A program made the translations under genes and the position numbers. From the NCBI GenBank assembly GCA_023410885.1, contig JAEYPI010000050.1, forward strand, positions 1-40,672: a stretch of DNA of 40,672 nucleotides. The letters are read 5' to 3'. Numbering within the stretch: position 1 is the stretch's first letter; each line of letters opens with the position of its first letter. The notes below the pieces were generated by a model. That model saw only the letters and a program-made list of their open reading frames with translations. It was not told where the DNA came from and did no database searches. This document shows, piece by piece, positions 16,965 through 24,698 of this stretch. The stretch is from Bacillota bacterium. GTDB lineage: Bacteria > Bacillota > Clostridia > DSM-8532.

Positions 16965-16986
16965 GTGCGTTCCCATAGGAACGCAC
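16965..16986. terminator. GC-rich hairpin after the KH gene. A possible terminator, but it lacks a good T-run.
   Basis: 9-bp stem gtgcgttcc (16965-16973) / ggaacgcac (16978-16986) with tetraloop cata. Downstream is 'tacaagcc'. Confidence 0.35.
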
Positions 16987-17067
16987 TACAAGCCTCGAAT
17001 TTAAACAAGCAGGGACGGATCTTTTTCTCATCCTCTCTAGTAGGATGTCTAAAATATCCGTCCTTAT

Positions 17068-17208
17068 TTATTCATTCTCATAGCTCAGCTGCCATGGGAT
17101 TCCAAATTTATCGGTTACAGAGCCATAACACTTACTCCAGAATGTTTCCTGCAAATCCATTTCTACAGTTCCATTTTCTAAAAGCTTATTAAATATGGAT
17201 TCTGTTCC
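17068..17208 (-). pseudogene. C-terminal remnant (~45 codons) of a VOC/PhnB-like (3-demethylubiquinone methyltransferase-family fold) gene.
   Basis: Minus-strand translation '...GTESIFNKLLENGTVEMDLQETFWSKCYGSVTDKFGIPWQLSYENE*' matches the conserved C-terminus of PhnB/YjdN-type proteins (GG.V.MPL..TFW....G.L.DKFG..W). There is no N-terminal two-thirds and no start. The upstream end runs into the asd terminator. Confidence 0.6.
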
Positions 17209-17214
17209 AAGGGA

Positions 17215-17244
17215 GCAAAAAAGAGGCGGATAATCCAGCCTCTT
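17215..17244 (-). terminator. Intrinsic terminator of asd.
   Basis: Minus-strand hairpin aagaggc/gcctctt (17221-17227 / 17238-17244) extended by gga/tcc, followed on the minus strand by TTTTTTG (plus caaaaaa, 17214-17220). Confidence 0.65.
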
Positions 17245-17306
17245 TTAATGGTTTCATTGATGTTTTAGTAGGAATCACAAATTTTAAAAGATTAAAGTGC
17301 CATATC

Positions 17307-18392
17307 CTATTTAGCCTGAATATAACCCTCGGCCTTCAACAGCTCAGCAATCAGAACAGCACCGCCTGCAGCACCTCTTACAGTATTGTGGGAGAGGCTG
17401 ACAAACTTGTAGTCATACAGAGAATCTTCACGAAGACGGCCAACACTAACGCCCATACCGTTCTCAATGTCACGGTCCAGGCGGGTTTGAGGCCTATTGT
17501 CCTCTTCAAAATAAGTAATGAACTGCTTCGGAGCGCTGGGGAGATTTAGCTCTTGGGGACGCCCCTTAAAGCTCTTCCAAAGAGATATAATCTCGTCCTT
17601 TGTAGGCTTTTTCTCGAAGGATGCAAAGGTAGCCGCCATATGTCCGTCACTGGCCGGCACACGGATGCACTGGGCGGTGATAATGGGGGAGGCTGCCTTC
17701 ACAATGGCACCATTTTGGACTGCACCCCAAATCCTCAAGGGTTCCTGTTCGCTTTTCTCTTCTTCTCCACCAATATAAGGAATGACATTATCAATCATTT
17801 CTGGCCAATCCTTAAAGGTTTTGCCCGCCCCTGAAATGGCCTGATAGGTGCAGGTCACCACCTGTGTCGGCTTATAGTCCCATAGGGCATGCAGCGCAGG
17901 AACGTAGCTCTGAATGGAGCAATTGGGTTTTACAGCAATAAAACCGGTGGGTGTTCCCAAGCGCTTTCTCTGATAGGTAATAACCTCAAGATGGCTTGGA
18001 TTAATCTCAGGAATCACCATGGGCACATCGGGTGTCCAGCGGTGTGCTGAGTTATTAGAAACAACCGGGGTTCCGGTCTTGGCATAAGCTTCCTCAAGGG
18101 CCTTGATCTCATCTTTCTTCATATCCACTGCACAGAATATGAAATCAACCTCTGATGCGACTTCATCAACAAGGGAGGCGTCTTTTACAACAATATTTTT
18201 AACAGACTGAGGCATTGGTGTGGTAAGCTTCCACCTTCCACTTACGGATTCCTCGTAGGTCTTGCCTGCAGAATTGGCGCTTGCCGCAATGGCGGTTACT
18301 TCAAACCAGGGATGGTTATCCAGAAGGGCAATAAATCGTTGTCCGACCATGCCGGTTCCGCCAACGATACCGACTCTCAATTTCTTTGACAT
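17307..18392 (-). CDS. asd: Aspartate-semialdehyde dehydrogenase.
   Basis: 'LRVGIVGGTGMVGQRF' NAD(P) site, active-site 'KPNCSIQ', 'SLSHNTVRGAAGGAVLIAELL'. The 361-aa length fits the Gram-positive/archaeal-type Asd. Confidence 0.92.
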   Translation of the reverse strand: MSKKLRVGIVGGTGMVGQRFIALLDNHPWFEVTAIAASANSAGKTYEESVSGRWKLTTPMPQSVKNIVVKDASLVDEVASEVDFIFCAVDMKKDEIKALEEAYAKTGTPVVSNNSAHRWTPDVPMVIPEINPSHLEVITYQRKRLGTPTGFIAVKPNCSIQSYVPALHALWDYKPTQVVTCTYQAISGAGKTFKDWPEMIDNVIPYIGGEEEKSEQEPLRIWGAVQNGAIVKAASPIITAQCIRVPASDGHMAATFASFEKKPTKDEIISLWKSFKGRPQELNLPSAPKQFITYFEEDNRPQTRLDRDIENGMGVSVGRLREDSLYDYKFVSLSHNTVRGAAGGAVLIAELLKAEGYIQAK

Positions 18393-18576
18393 ATAATATG
18401 GCTCCTTTCAGAGATAGCAATACCTTTTTTATATTAGTGCTTTCTATATGGGCTTCACTGTATCACATCAGCAGTTGCCGTTTGATGTTGCTACAATCAT
18501 ATTATTCTTGAGTATGATTTAATGCTTTATAGTTTAAGGGCGGAGTCATGTGTTCAAATTATACTCAGTTTAAATT

Positions 18577-18605
18577 ATTATAAAGTATATGATTTTTGAG
18601 TTCAA
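18577..18605 (-). promoter_or_regulatory. Candidate sigma-A promoter for asd.
   Basis: On the minus strand, TTGAAC (18605-18600), 17-nt spacer, TATAAT (18582-18577). This implies a leader of ~175-180 nt. Confidence 0.45.
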
Positions 18606-18736
18606 TACTAATATATTCAATTTCCGGGGTGGGAAAAAGCGGAAAAGTGTACGAAATTAAGTGTTATAATGAGAGATGTATTTTCTAAAATGACAAGTTA
18701 TCATAGCATAGAAACGACCTGACAAGTTTATTCCAA

Positions 18737-19195
18737 TTGCCGATTGATCTTACCATTTATAGCTCAAACAAAAATACTATAGCAGAAATGATTGCAGCAG
18801 GAGCCAAAGCAGCCTCGGATGTAAAAGAGATCGGCTCTTCCTGCGACGTTATATTGACAATGCTGCCTAATACACCTGAAGTAAAATCCGTTATGCTCGG
18901 AGAAGGCGGGGTCATCGAGACAATCAGAGAGGGTGCAACCTTTATTGATATGAGTAGTATCAATCCCATTGCATCTCAGGAAATCTCAGCGGAGCTTGCC
19001 ATAAAAGGCGTAGGTGCACCATTACCTCTTACCGCTGCTGTAATGGAAATGCTCCAGACACTTCGTGCTGATGGTTGTGGACAGGACGACCACAGTGCAA
19101 TAGCAAAATACTCCGAGAAGCTTTCAGGGACTAAAATAGGCAGAGACGAACATTCCGGGAATATACCTAAAACCTCAAATTTGCCTGCTCTCTAA
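18737..19195 (+). pseudogene. Remnant of a garR-like beta-hydroxyacid dehydrogenase (tartronate semialdehyde / 3-hydroxyisobutyrate dehydrogenase family). It lacks the N-terminal GxGxxG and ~165 internal codons.
   Basis: 'IAAGAKAASDVKEIGSSCDVILTMLPNTPEVKSVMLGEGGVIETIREGATFIDMSSINPIASQEISAELAIKG' aligns to GarR residues ~40-115. It is joined in frame (about 19007-19013) to 'VGAPLPLTAAVMEMLQTLRADGCGQDDHSAIAKYSEKL', the extreme GarR C-terminus. There is no Rossmann start and no catalytic middle. Confidence 0.7.
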
Positions 19196-19445
19196 TAAAA
19201 ACTACAGGATAAAATTATGCTGTATTTCTATAGCAATAAACTAGACTAAGATTATATAATAAAAGAAGCTAAATGAGCACCCTGTAATAGTTTGAGCTAT
19301 TTGTTTCCATTTAATAGGGTTCTATGCAAGGTATTTATAAGACAGCACATGAAAAGGGAACAGGTCAGTAACCGGTGGCTTTTCCTCATTCTGTTTTATA
19401 GATAAGGGGGCAACCGGTTAATTGATATTTATAGGCTTGGTGAAA

Positions 19446-20558
19446 ATGAAGATGAAGAATGAAATAGTAATAACCTACGGCAAAGATGCCAGAAAAATGA
19501 CAAAGGATGTTCTCCGGCGTGCTAAGCTTGAGGAGATGATACCTAAGGGGGCGCGTATTGGAATTAAACCCAATTTAGTTGTTGCAAAGCCTGCTTCAAC
19601 AGGAGCAACCACCTCACCGACAATAGTTGAAGCTTTAATAGAATATTTGCAGGAGCACGGTCACCAGAATATTACCATTCTGGAGGGTTCATGGGTGGGG
19701 GACAGCACCAAACGGGCTTTCCGCACTTGCGGCTATGAGGATATCTCTCAAAAATATGGTGTTCCGCTTTTTGATACAAAAGGGGATACATACACGAAAA
19801 AGACCTTTAGCGGAATTGCCATGGAGATCAGCAACAAGGCACTGGAGCTGGACTTTCTTATCAACATGCCCGTACTGAAGGGCCATTGTCAGACCATGGT
19901 GACGGGCGCTCTCAAAAACATGAAGGGCATTATTTCTGATAATGAAAAGCGTCGCTTCCATACCATGGGACTTCACAAACCCATAGCGTATCTCAATAAA
20001 GTGATAGGCTCGCAGTTTATTCTTGTTGACGGTTTGTGCGGTGATCTTGATTTCGAGGAGGGCGGCAACCCGGTTCAGATGAATCGTATCTTCTGTGGTA
20101 CGGACCCTGTTTTGATTGACTCCTATATTGCTTCAACAATGGGGTACAGTCCCACCGATATTGACTATATAAAAATCGCTGCGGATATTGGCATCGGCAG
20201 TTGTAACCTTGAAGACGCAGAGATTGTTGTCCTTGAAAAGGATACCACCATCGCTCGGCCGACCGCTTCTCGTAAGGTTCAGCATTTGGCAGGCTATACC
20301 TGCCCGAAGGATGCCTGTTCGGCGTGCTATGCCAATCTGATTCAGGCCTTGGCGCGCCTGGATGATCAAGGGGCTTTGAAGGGTTTTAAAAACAACCCTA
20401 TTAAAATAGGCCAAGGCTATAAGAATCAAAAAGAAGAGGGGATTGGTGTAGGCCTCTGCACGGCCGATATAAGCAACACCGTAAAGGGATGTCCTCCGTC
20501 AACACCGGCCATCCTTGACTTCCTAGAGCAATGTGCAATGGGGAAAAGAAGCAAATAA
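19446..20558 (+). CDS. DUF362 domain-containing protein with a Cys-rich C-terminal region.
   Basis: 'GARIGIKPNLVVAKPASTGATTSPTIVEALIEYLQEHG...ITILEGSW' and 'INMPVLKGHCQTMVTGALKNMKG' are typical DUF362 blocks. C-terminal 'CPKDACSACYANL...GLCTADISNTVKGCPPS'. The start could be 19446 or 19452, with a weak RBS. Confidence 0.75.
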   Translation: MKMKNEIVITYGKDARKMTKDVLRRAKLEEMIPKGARIGIKPNLVVAKPASTGATTSPTIVEALIEYLQEHGHQNITILEGSWVGDSTKRAFRTCGYEDISQKYGVPLFDTKGDTYTKKTFSGIAMEISNKALELDFLINMPVLKGHCQTMVTGALKNMKGIISDNEKRRFHTMGLHKPIAYLNKVIGSQFILVDGLCGDLDFEEGGNPVQMNRIFCGTDPVLIDSYIASTMGYSPTDIDYIKIAADIGIGSCNLEDAEIVVLEKDTTIARPTASRKVQHLAGYTCPKDACSACYANLIQALARLDDQGALKGFKNNPIKIGQGYKNQKEEGIGVGLCTADISNTVKGCPPSTPAILDFLEQCAMGKRSK

Positions 20559-20567
20559 TCATTTTTG

Positions 20568-20596
20568 TTTACATTCACAGGTCCCCATGTTATAAT
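20568..20596 (+). promoter_or_regulatory. Sigma-A promoter for rplS with an extended -10.
   Basis: TTTACA (20568-20573), 17 nt, TATAAT (20591-20596), with TG at 20588-20589 (TGtTATAAT). Confidence 0.6.
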
Positions 20597-20692
20597 ATTA
20601 CGGCGTGAGTACAGAGCGGTCCGCTGCCTGCGAAAAATCGCTTATGATAAGGATTCAGACAAGAACGCTCTTAGATTAGGAGGAAAATACAA
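20597..20692 (+). ncRNA. ~90-nt rplS 5' leader, a possible ribosomal-protein L19 autoregulatory leader.
   Basis: Position only: it lies between a strong promoter and the rplS RBS. A 6-bp long-range pairing agagcg (20613-20618) / cgctct (20666-20671) encloses a small gcga-aaaa-tcgc hairpin. I cannot verify a match to the Rfam L19 leader model. Confidence 0.3.
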
Positions 20693-21049
20693 ATGGATAT
20701 CATTCGTGCACTTGAACAAGAAGGCATGAAACAGAACCTTCCCAACCTTAAGATCGGTGACTATGTGAAGGTCAACGTAAAAGTAAAGGAAGGTAACCGC
20801 GAGAGAATTCAGGCTTTTGAGGGAACTCTCATTGCAATGCGGGGTAGCAGCATTAGAAAAGCTATAACCGTAAGAAGGCTTTCCTTCGGTATAGGCGTTG
20901 AAAGAGTTTTCCCGCTCCATTCCCCCAATGTTGACTCTGTTGAGATTATCAGAAGAGGTAAGGTTAGAAGAGCAAAGCTCTACTATCTGCGCTCCAGAGT
21001 TGGTAAGGCTGCAAGAGTCAAAGAGAAAATCGGGGCTTCCAAGGACTAA
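20693..21049 (+). CDS. rplS: 50S ribosomal protein L19.
   Basis: '[50 protein letters not shown]' is canonical bL19. Confidence 0.95.
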   Translation: MDIIRALEQEGMKQNLPNLKIGDYVKVNVKVKEGNRERIQAFEGTLIAMRGSSIRKAITVRRLSFGIGVERVFPLHSPNVDSVEIIRRGKVRRAKLYYLRSRVGKAARVKEKIGASKD

Positions 21050-21064
21050 AGCAGAGTATGTAAC

Positions 21065-21092
21065 AAGAGAGGACGAAGAGTCCTCTTTTTGT
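21065..21092 (+). terminator. Intrinsic terminator after rplS.
   Basis: Stem agaggac (21068-21074) / gtcctct (21080-21086), extendable by A-T/G-T pairs, followed by TTTTTG. Confidence 0.75.
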
Positions 21093-21199
21093 TATCTGTG
21101 TAGCATCTTTGAACCTATTCTTGAAAAACCAAGCTACCCTTAGGGTACAATAGAAGAGACCCTATCTTAACAACTCTATGATGTTTAGGAGTGTTATTT

Positions 21200-22090
21200 A
21201 TGATTATACAATGGTTTCCCGGGCATATGGCCAAAACCAGGCGTCTAATTCAAGAGAACCTCAAGCTGGTGGATGTGGTCATTGAGCTTTTAGATGCCCG
21301 CATCCCCTTATCCAGTCGTAATCCTGAGATCGATTCTCTCTGTGGAACGAAACCAAGAGTCATAGCCCTCAACAAGAGTGATTTGTCCGACCCTGCCCAT
21401 AATAAGGCTTGGGAAGCCTACTTTGTTAAAAAGGGCATGGGTGTTATTTATACCAACGCCTTAACCGGTACGGGCCTAGGTGAACTTAAAGGCAAGCTCA
21501 AGCAGCTTACACAGAAGAAACTGGCGTCGGCGCAAGCCAGAGGGCGTCTGCAAAGGCCCATTAAAACCATGGTGGTGGGTATTCCCAATGTGGGTAAATC
21601 GGCCTTTATCAATAAAATAGCCGGAAAAGCCAGTGCCATGACAGGGGACAGGCCCGGTGTCACACGCACCCAGCAATGGGTACGCATTAATCCGGAAATT
21701 CAGCTCTTGGATACACCCGGTATTTTATGGCCTAAATTTGAAGATGTTGAGATTGGACAGAATCTTGCTTTTACAGGTGCCATTAAGGATGAAATAATGG
21801 ATACCGCAGAGCTGGCGGCCAAGCTTTTGGAGAAACTGGCAGTCATTTATCCCCAAAAGGTTCAAGAACGTTATAAATTAACAGAGCTTGAAGGTAAAAT
21901 TGGACTTAAGCTGCTTGAAGAGGCCGGTAGAAGACGGGGATGCCTGGTTTCTGGCGGCGAGGTGGATCTTTACAGAATCGCAAGCATTGTTTTAGACGAA
22001 TTCAGGGGCGGGAAAATCGGAAAAATGACATTGGAGCTGCCTCCAAAGGAGGAGGTAAGCCATGAAGAAGCCCACACTCCAGAGCCTTAA
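21200..22090 (+). CDS. rbgA: Ribosome biogenesis GTPase A (YlqF/RbgA), circularly permuted GTPase.
   Basis: 'IQWFPGHMAKTRR', 'LNKSDL' (G4) located before 'GIPNVGKSAFIN' (G1) and 'DTPGILWPKF' (G3). AGGAG precedes ATG 21200. Confidence 0.9.
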   Translation: MIIQWFPGHMAKTRRLIQENLKLVDVVIELLDARIPLSSRNPEIDSLCGTKPRVIALNKSDLSDPAHNKAWEAYFVKKGMGVIYTNALTGTGLGELKGKLKQLTQKKLASAQARGRLQRPIKTMVVGIPNVGKSAFINKIAGKASAMTGDRPGVTRTQQWVRINPEIQLLDTPGILWPKFEDVEIGQNLAFTGAIKDEIMDTAELAAKLLEKLAVIYPQKVQERYKLTELEGKIGLKLLEEAGRRRGCLVSGGEVDLYRIASIVLDEFRGGKIGKMTLELPPKEEVSHEEAHTPEP

Positions 22091-22832
22091 AGAAAAAGCC
22101 GATGCAATGGAAGCCAAGGAGGCCTTTCAATGGTTGTCGGGTCTTTCAGAAGAATATGGTGAGTCCGTCAAAAAACTTGCCGATAAATATTATAAGAAGA
22201 TGGAGGCCCTTCAAAACGAATATAAACGTCTTCAGGCCATGTCCTGCATGGAGCTTGAAGCCTACTCCCAGGGCTTTCAGTTTGTAGGGGGAATTGACGA
22301 GGCGGGAAGGGGACCTTTGGCGGGACCTGTAGTGGCAGCCTGTGCCATTCTTCCACCGGGGCTCGTGTTAAATAAGCTCAATGATTCTAAAAAGCTATCA
22401 GGCGCACAAAGAGACATCCTCTTTGATCAAATCCGTGAAAAGGCGCTGGCTTATGGTATTGGAATTGTGGATAACGATAGGATTGATGAGATCAATATTC
22501 TTCAGGCTACTAAAAAAGCCATGGCACTTGCCATTGAGAACATGCGTATTCAGCCTGATTATCTCATTATAGATGCTGTACGGTTACCAATTAATATCCC
22601 CCAAAAAGCTGTTCCTAAAGCAGACCAGAACTCGGTTTCTGTTGCAGCAGCTTCGATTCTCGCAAAGGTTACGCGGGACAGGATGATGGAAGAAATGGAG
22701 CTGGTCTATCCGGGTTACGGCTTCGCCCAGCACAAAGGCTATGGAACAGAGGATCATGTAAAGGCGATTAAAGAAAAGGGACTTTGCCCCATTCATCGTA
22801 GAAGCTTTACGAAAAATTTTTTTGATACATAA
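22062..22832 (+). CDS. rnhB: Ribonuclease HII with an N-terminal extension.
   Basis: 'GIDEAGRGPLAGPVVAAC', 'LNDSKKLS', 'IIDAVRL', 'ADQNSVSVAAASILAKVTRD'. A strong RBS aaggaggagg precedes ATG 22062, which overlaps the rbgA 3' end by 29 nt. Confidence 0.92.
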   Translation: MKKPTLQSLKEKADAMEAKEAFQWLSGLSEEYGESVKKLADKYYKKMEALQNEYKRLQAMSCMELEAYSQGFQFVGGIDEAGRGPLAGPVVAACAILPPGLVLNKLNDSKKLSGAQRDILFDQIREKALAYGIGIVDNDRIDEINILQATKKAMALAIENMRIQPDYLIIDAVRLPINIPQKAVPKADQNSVSVAAASILAKVTRDRMMEEMELVYPGYGFAQHKGYGTEDHVKAIKEKGLCPIHRRSFTKNFFDT

Positions 22833-22834
22833 GG

Positions 22835-24388
22835 GTGATCGTTGTGAATGCCATAAAAGTTGATCAAGCCATATCCCAGCAGATTTTTAGCATTATGGCT
22901 AAGGCCTCGCTGGAAAACTTAAGCGCAGGGGAGCTTCTTCAAGGAAGGGTCCAATCCCTTGAAAACGGCTTGCTTTTTATCAAGCTTTTGGATGGCGGCA
23001 CTTTTACCGCAAATGTTCCCGAGGGCTTTACAGCTTCTCAGGGGGAACTTATCACTCTAGAAATTGGTGAGCGAACCAATAACCAGTTGACGGCTAAAAT
23101 TGTACCGACTGGTACACAGCAAGCCACTATGACAAAAACAGCGGAACAGAATTCTCTAAATCAACAAATCAGTCAGAAGCTTGCCGCTTATGGTGCGCTG
23201 GCCTCTGATAAACTTGTGGCAGGGGTTCTTGATCTTTTGAAGGCTGAGCCGGGTATGACCATGAATCAGGCTTCCTTTCTTGTGGCCAACCAGATGGAGT
23301 CCAACCCGGAAATGGTTCAAATCATGCAAAAAATATCTCAGCAGGAATTCCAGCTTCACGATAATCTTCAGAGCTTAAAGGAAGGGCTTGCTCAGGCCCT
23401 TACACAAGCCGATTCTTCTGTAAGGCAGGAGATCTTAACACCCCTTTTGATTTCTACAGAGCTTGAGGAGCTTTCGCAAACCCTTGAGCAAATGCTGATT
23501 AAATCCGATTCCAGGGAGGCTCTTATTCAAAATGTGCGGGAGCTTCTTACTAAAATATTGCTTGATGAGACTGAAGGGGTGGGGGGGAAGCTCAACCAGC
23601 TCCGAAGCTTAGATGAAAAACAACTAAGCGAGCTCTTTAAAACTGCTCTTGCTTCCCTAAAGGGCCACGGGTCACCTGAGGAAATGAACAACCTCATGAA
23701 AGTCATTCGAAAAGCTTTGGAAGACATGCACACCAAGGCGGACACGCTTTTAAAGGGTGAGGCTAAAGAGGTTGATACGCTCTTGGATAAGCTCTTTGAT
23801 AGAGCCATTGTCAAAGCCGAGGACGGTACTTTGGAGGATATGGCGCTTAAAGAAAAGGCCAAGGCCCTAAAGGAAATCGTAGACTTTTCACAAAAGGCTT
23901 TGAATCAGATGGATTCCAAAACCCAAAATGCCAATCTATCCTCCTTTAAGGAGATTGATAGCGCTTTTCGCTTTTTTAATCAGGTCACGACCTATGATGC
24001 CTTGATACACCTTCCCATTAAAATCAATCAGGAAAATACCACCGGTGAGCTTTATGTAATGAAGCGCAAAAAAGGCAAAAAGAAAGTGGATGCCGACAAT
24101 TTCACCCTGTTTTTATCCCTGCAAACCTCAAGCCTTGGGCGTATTGAATCTTTCTTGAATTCAAGTCAAAAATGCGTGACCGTAAGCTTCAGAGTGGAGC
24201 GGGATGATTTGGTAAAGCTGGTTAAGGATAGTCACAGAGTCTTATATGACGGTCTTTTGAAAAAAGGCTATAAGCTGGCGGAAATGAAGTGCAGAGTGCT
24301 GGAGAAGGATATAACCGATCTCTGTGAGGCACCCTTAAAGGCCGAGGAGGTCTTAGGCCTTCAAGCCAGCCTGGACCTTAAAATATAG
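22835..24388 (+). CDS. YlqG-like protein with a FliK (flagellar hook-length control) C-terminal-like domain.
   Basis: A Q/E/L-rich, largely low-complexity N-terminal 400 aa. The C-terminal 'FTLFLSLQTSSLGRIESFLNSSQKCVTVSFRVERDDLVKLVKDSHRVLYDGLLKKGYKLAEMKC' follows the Flg_hook domain pattern. It sits after rnhB, as ylqG does in B. subtilis. GTG start at 22835 or 22844. Confidence 0.6.
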   Translation: MIVVNAIKVDQAISQQIFSIMAKASLENLSAGELLQGRVQSLENGLLFIKLLDGGTFTANVPEGFTASQGELITLEIGERTNNQLTAKIVPTGTQQATMTKTAEQNSLNQQISQKLAAYGALASDKLVAGVLDLLKAEPGMTMNQASFLVANQMESNPEMVQIMQKISQQEFQLHDNLQSLKEGLAQALTQADSSVRQEILTPLLISTELEELSQTLEQMLIKSDSREALIQNVRELLTKILLDETEGVGGKLNQLRSLDEKQLSELFKTALASLKGHGSPEEMNNLMKVIRKALEDMHTKADTLLKGEAKEVDTLLDKLFDRAIVKAEDGTLEDMALKEKAKALKEIVDFSQKALNQMDSKTQNANLSSFKEIDSAFRFFNQVTTYDALIHLPIKINQENTTGELYVMKRKKGKKKVDADNFTLFLSLQTSSLGRIESFLNSSQKCVTVSFRVERDDLVKLVKDSHRVLYDGLLKKGYKLAEMKCRVLEKDITDLCEAPLKAEEVLGLQASLDLKI

Positions 24389-24401
24389 AGAGGATAATTT
24401 G

Positions 24402-24698
24402 ATGGTATCGAAGCGGGATGAGACCCATAAAATAAAGAAGGCTTCTGCCTTGAGCTATATTCCAGGTGAAACCGACGCACCTAAAATTATCGCTTCGGGT
24501 AAGGGTGTAATTGCCGAAAAGATCATCGAGAAGGCCAAGGAAGCGAAAATCCCTGTTTACGAGGATGCGAATCTGGCCGAGACCCTCTCTTATCTGTCAT
24601 TGGGCAGCGAAATCCCTACTGAGCTCTATGAGGTAGTCGCCGAGATTTTAGCCTTCATCAGCAGGCTTGACCAATCCTCCAGAGGAGGTCATCGATGA
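24402..24698 (+). CDS. ylqH: FlhB C-terminal-domain-like protein (EscU/YscU/HrcU-family fragment, YlqH-like).
   Basis: 'KASALSYIPGETDAPKIIASGKGVIAEKIIEKAKEAKIPVYEDANLAETLSYLSLGSEIPTELYEVVAEILAFI' matches the cytoplasmic FlhB(CC) fold family. It has no transmembrane part. Confidence 0.8.
   Translation: MVSKRDETHKIKKASALSYIPGETDAPKIIASGKGVIAEKIIEKAKEAKIPVYEDANLAETLSYLSLGSEIPTELYEVVAEILAFISRLDQSSRGGHR

Noticed and set aside
16393-17031. 212-aa minus-strand ORF spanning rpsP and the KH gene, and the 75-aa plus-strand ORF 16965-17192.
   Set aside because: The first is antisense to two highly conserved ribosomal-operon genes. The second is antisense to the PhnB-like stub and overlaps hairpins. 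Neither has coding-like composition.
18393-18576. Possible lysine riboswitch or T-box upstream of asd.
   Set aside because: The conserved L-box blocks (such as AGAGGCGC or the GG-rich junctions) and the T-box sequence or specifier architecture are not present in the minus-strand leader. I kept it only as an unexplained long leader.
19340-19420. Repeated aaccggt motifs and a gaaaag/cttttc hairpin upstream of the DUF362 gene, considered as a possible riboswitch.
   Set aside because: The elements are short and match no riboswitch class I can recognise. The pairing is weak and AT-rich, so it is not reportable without a covariance search.
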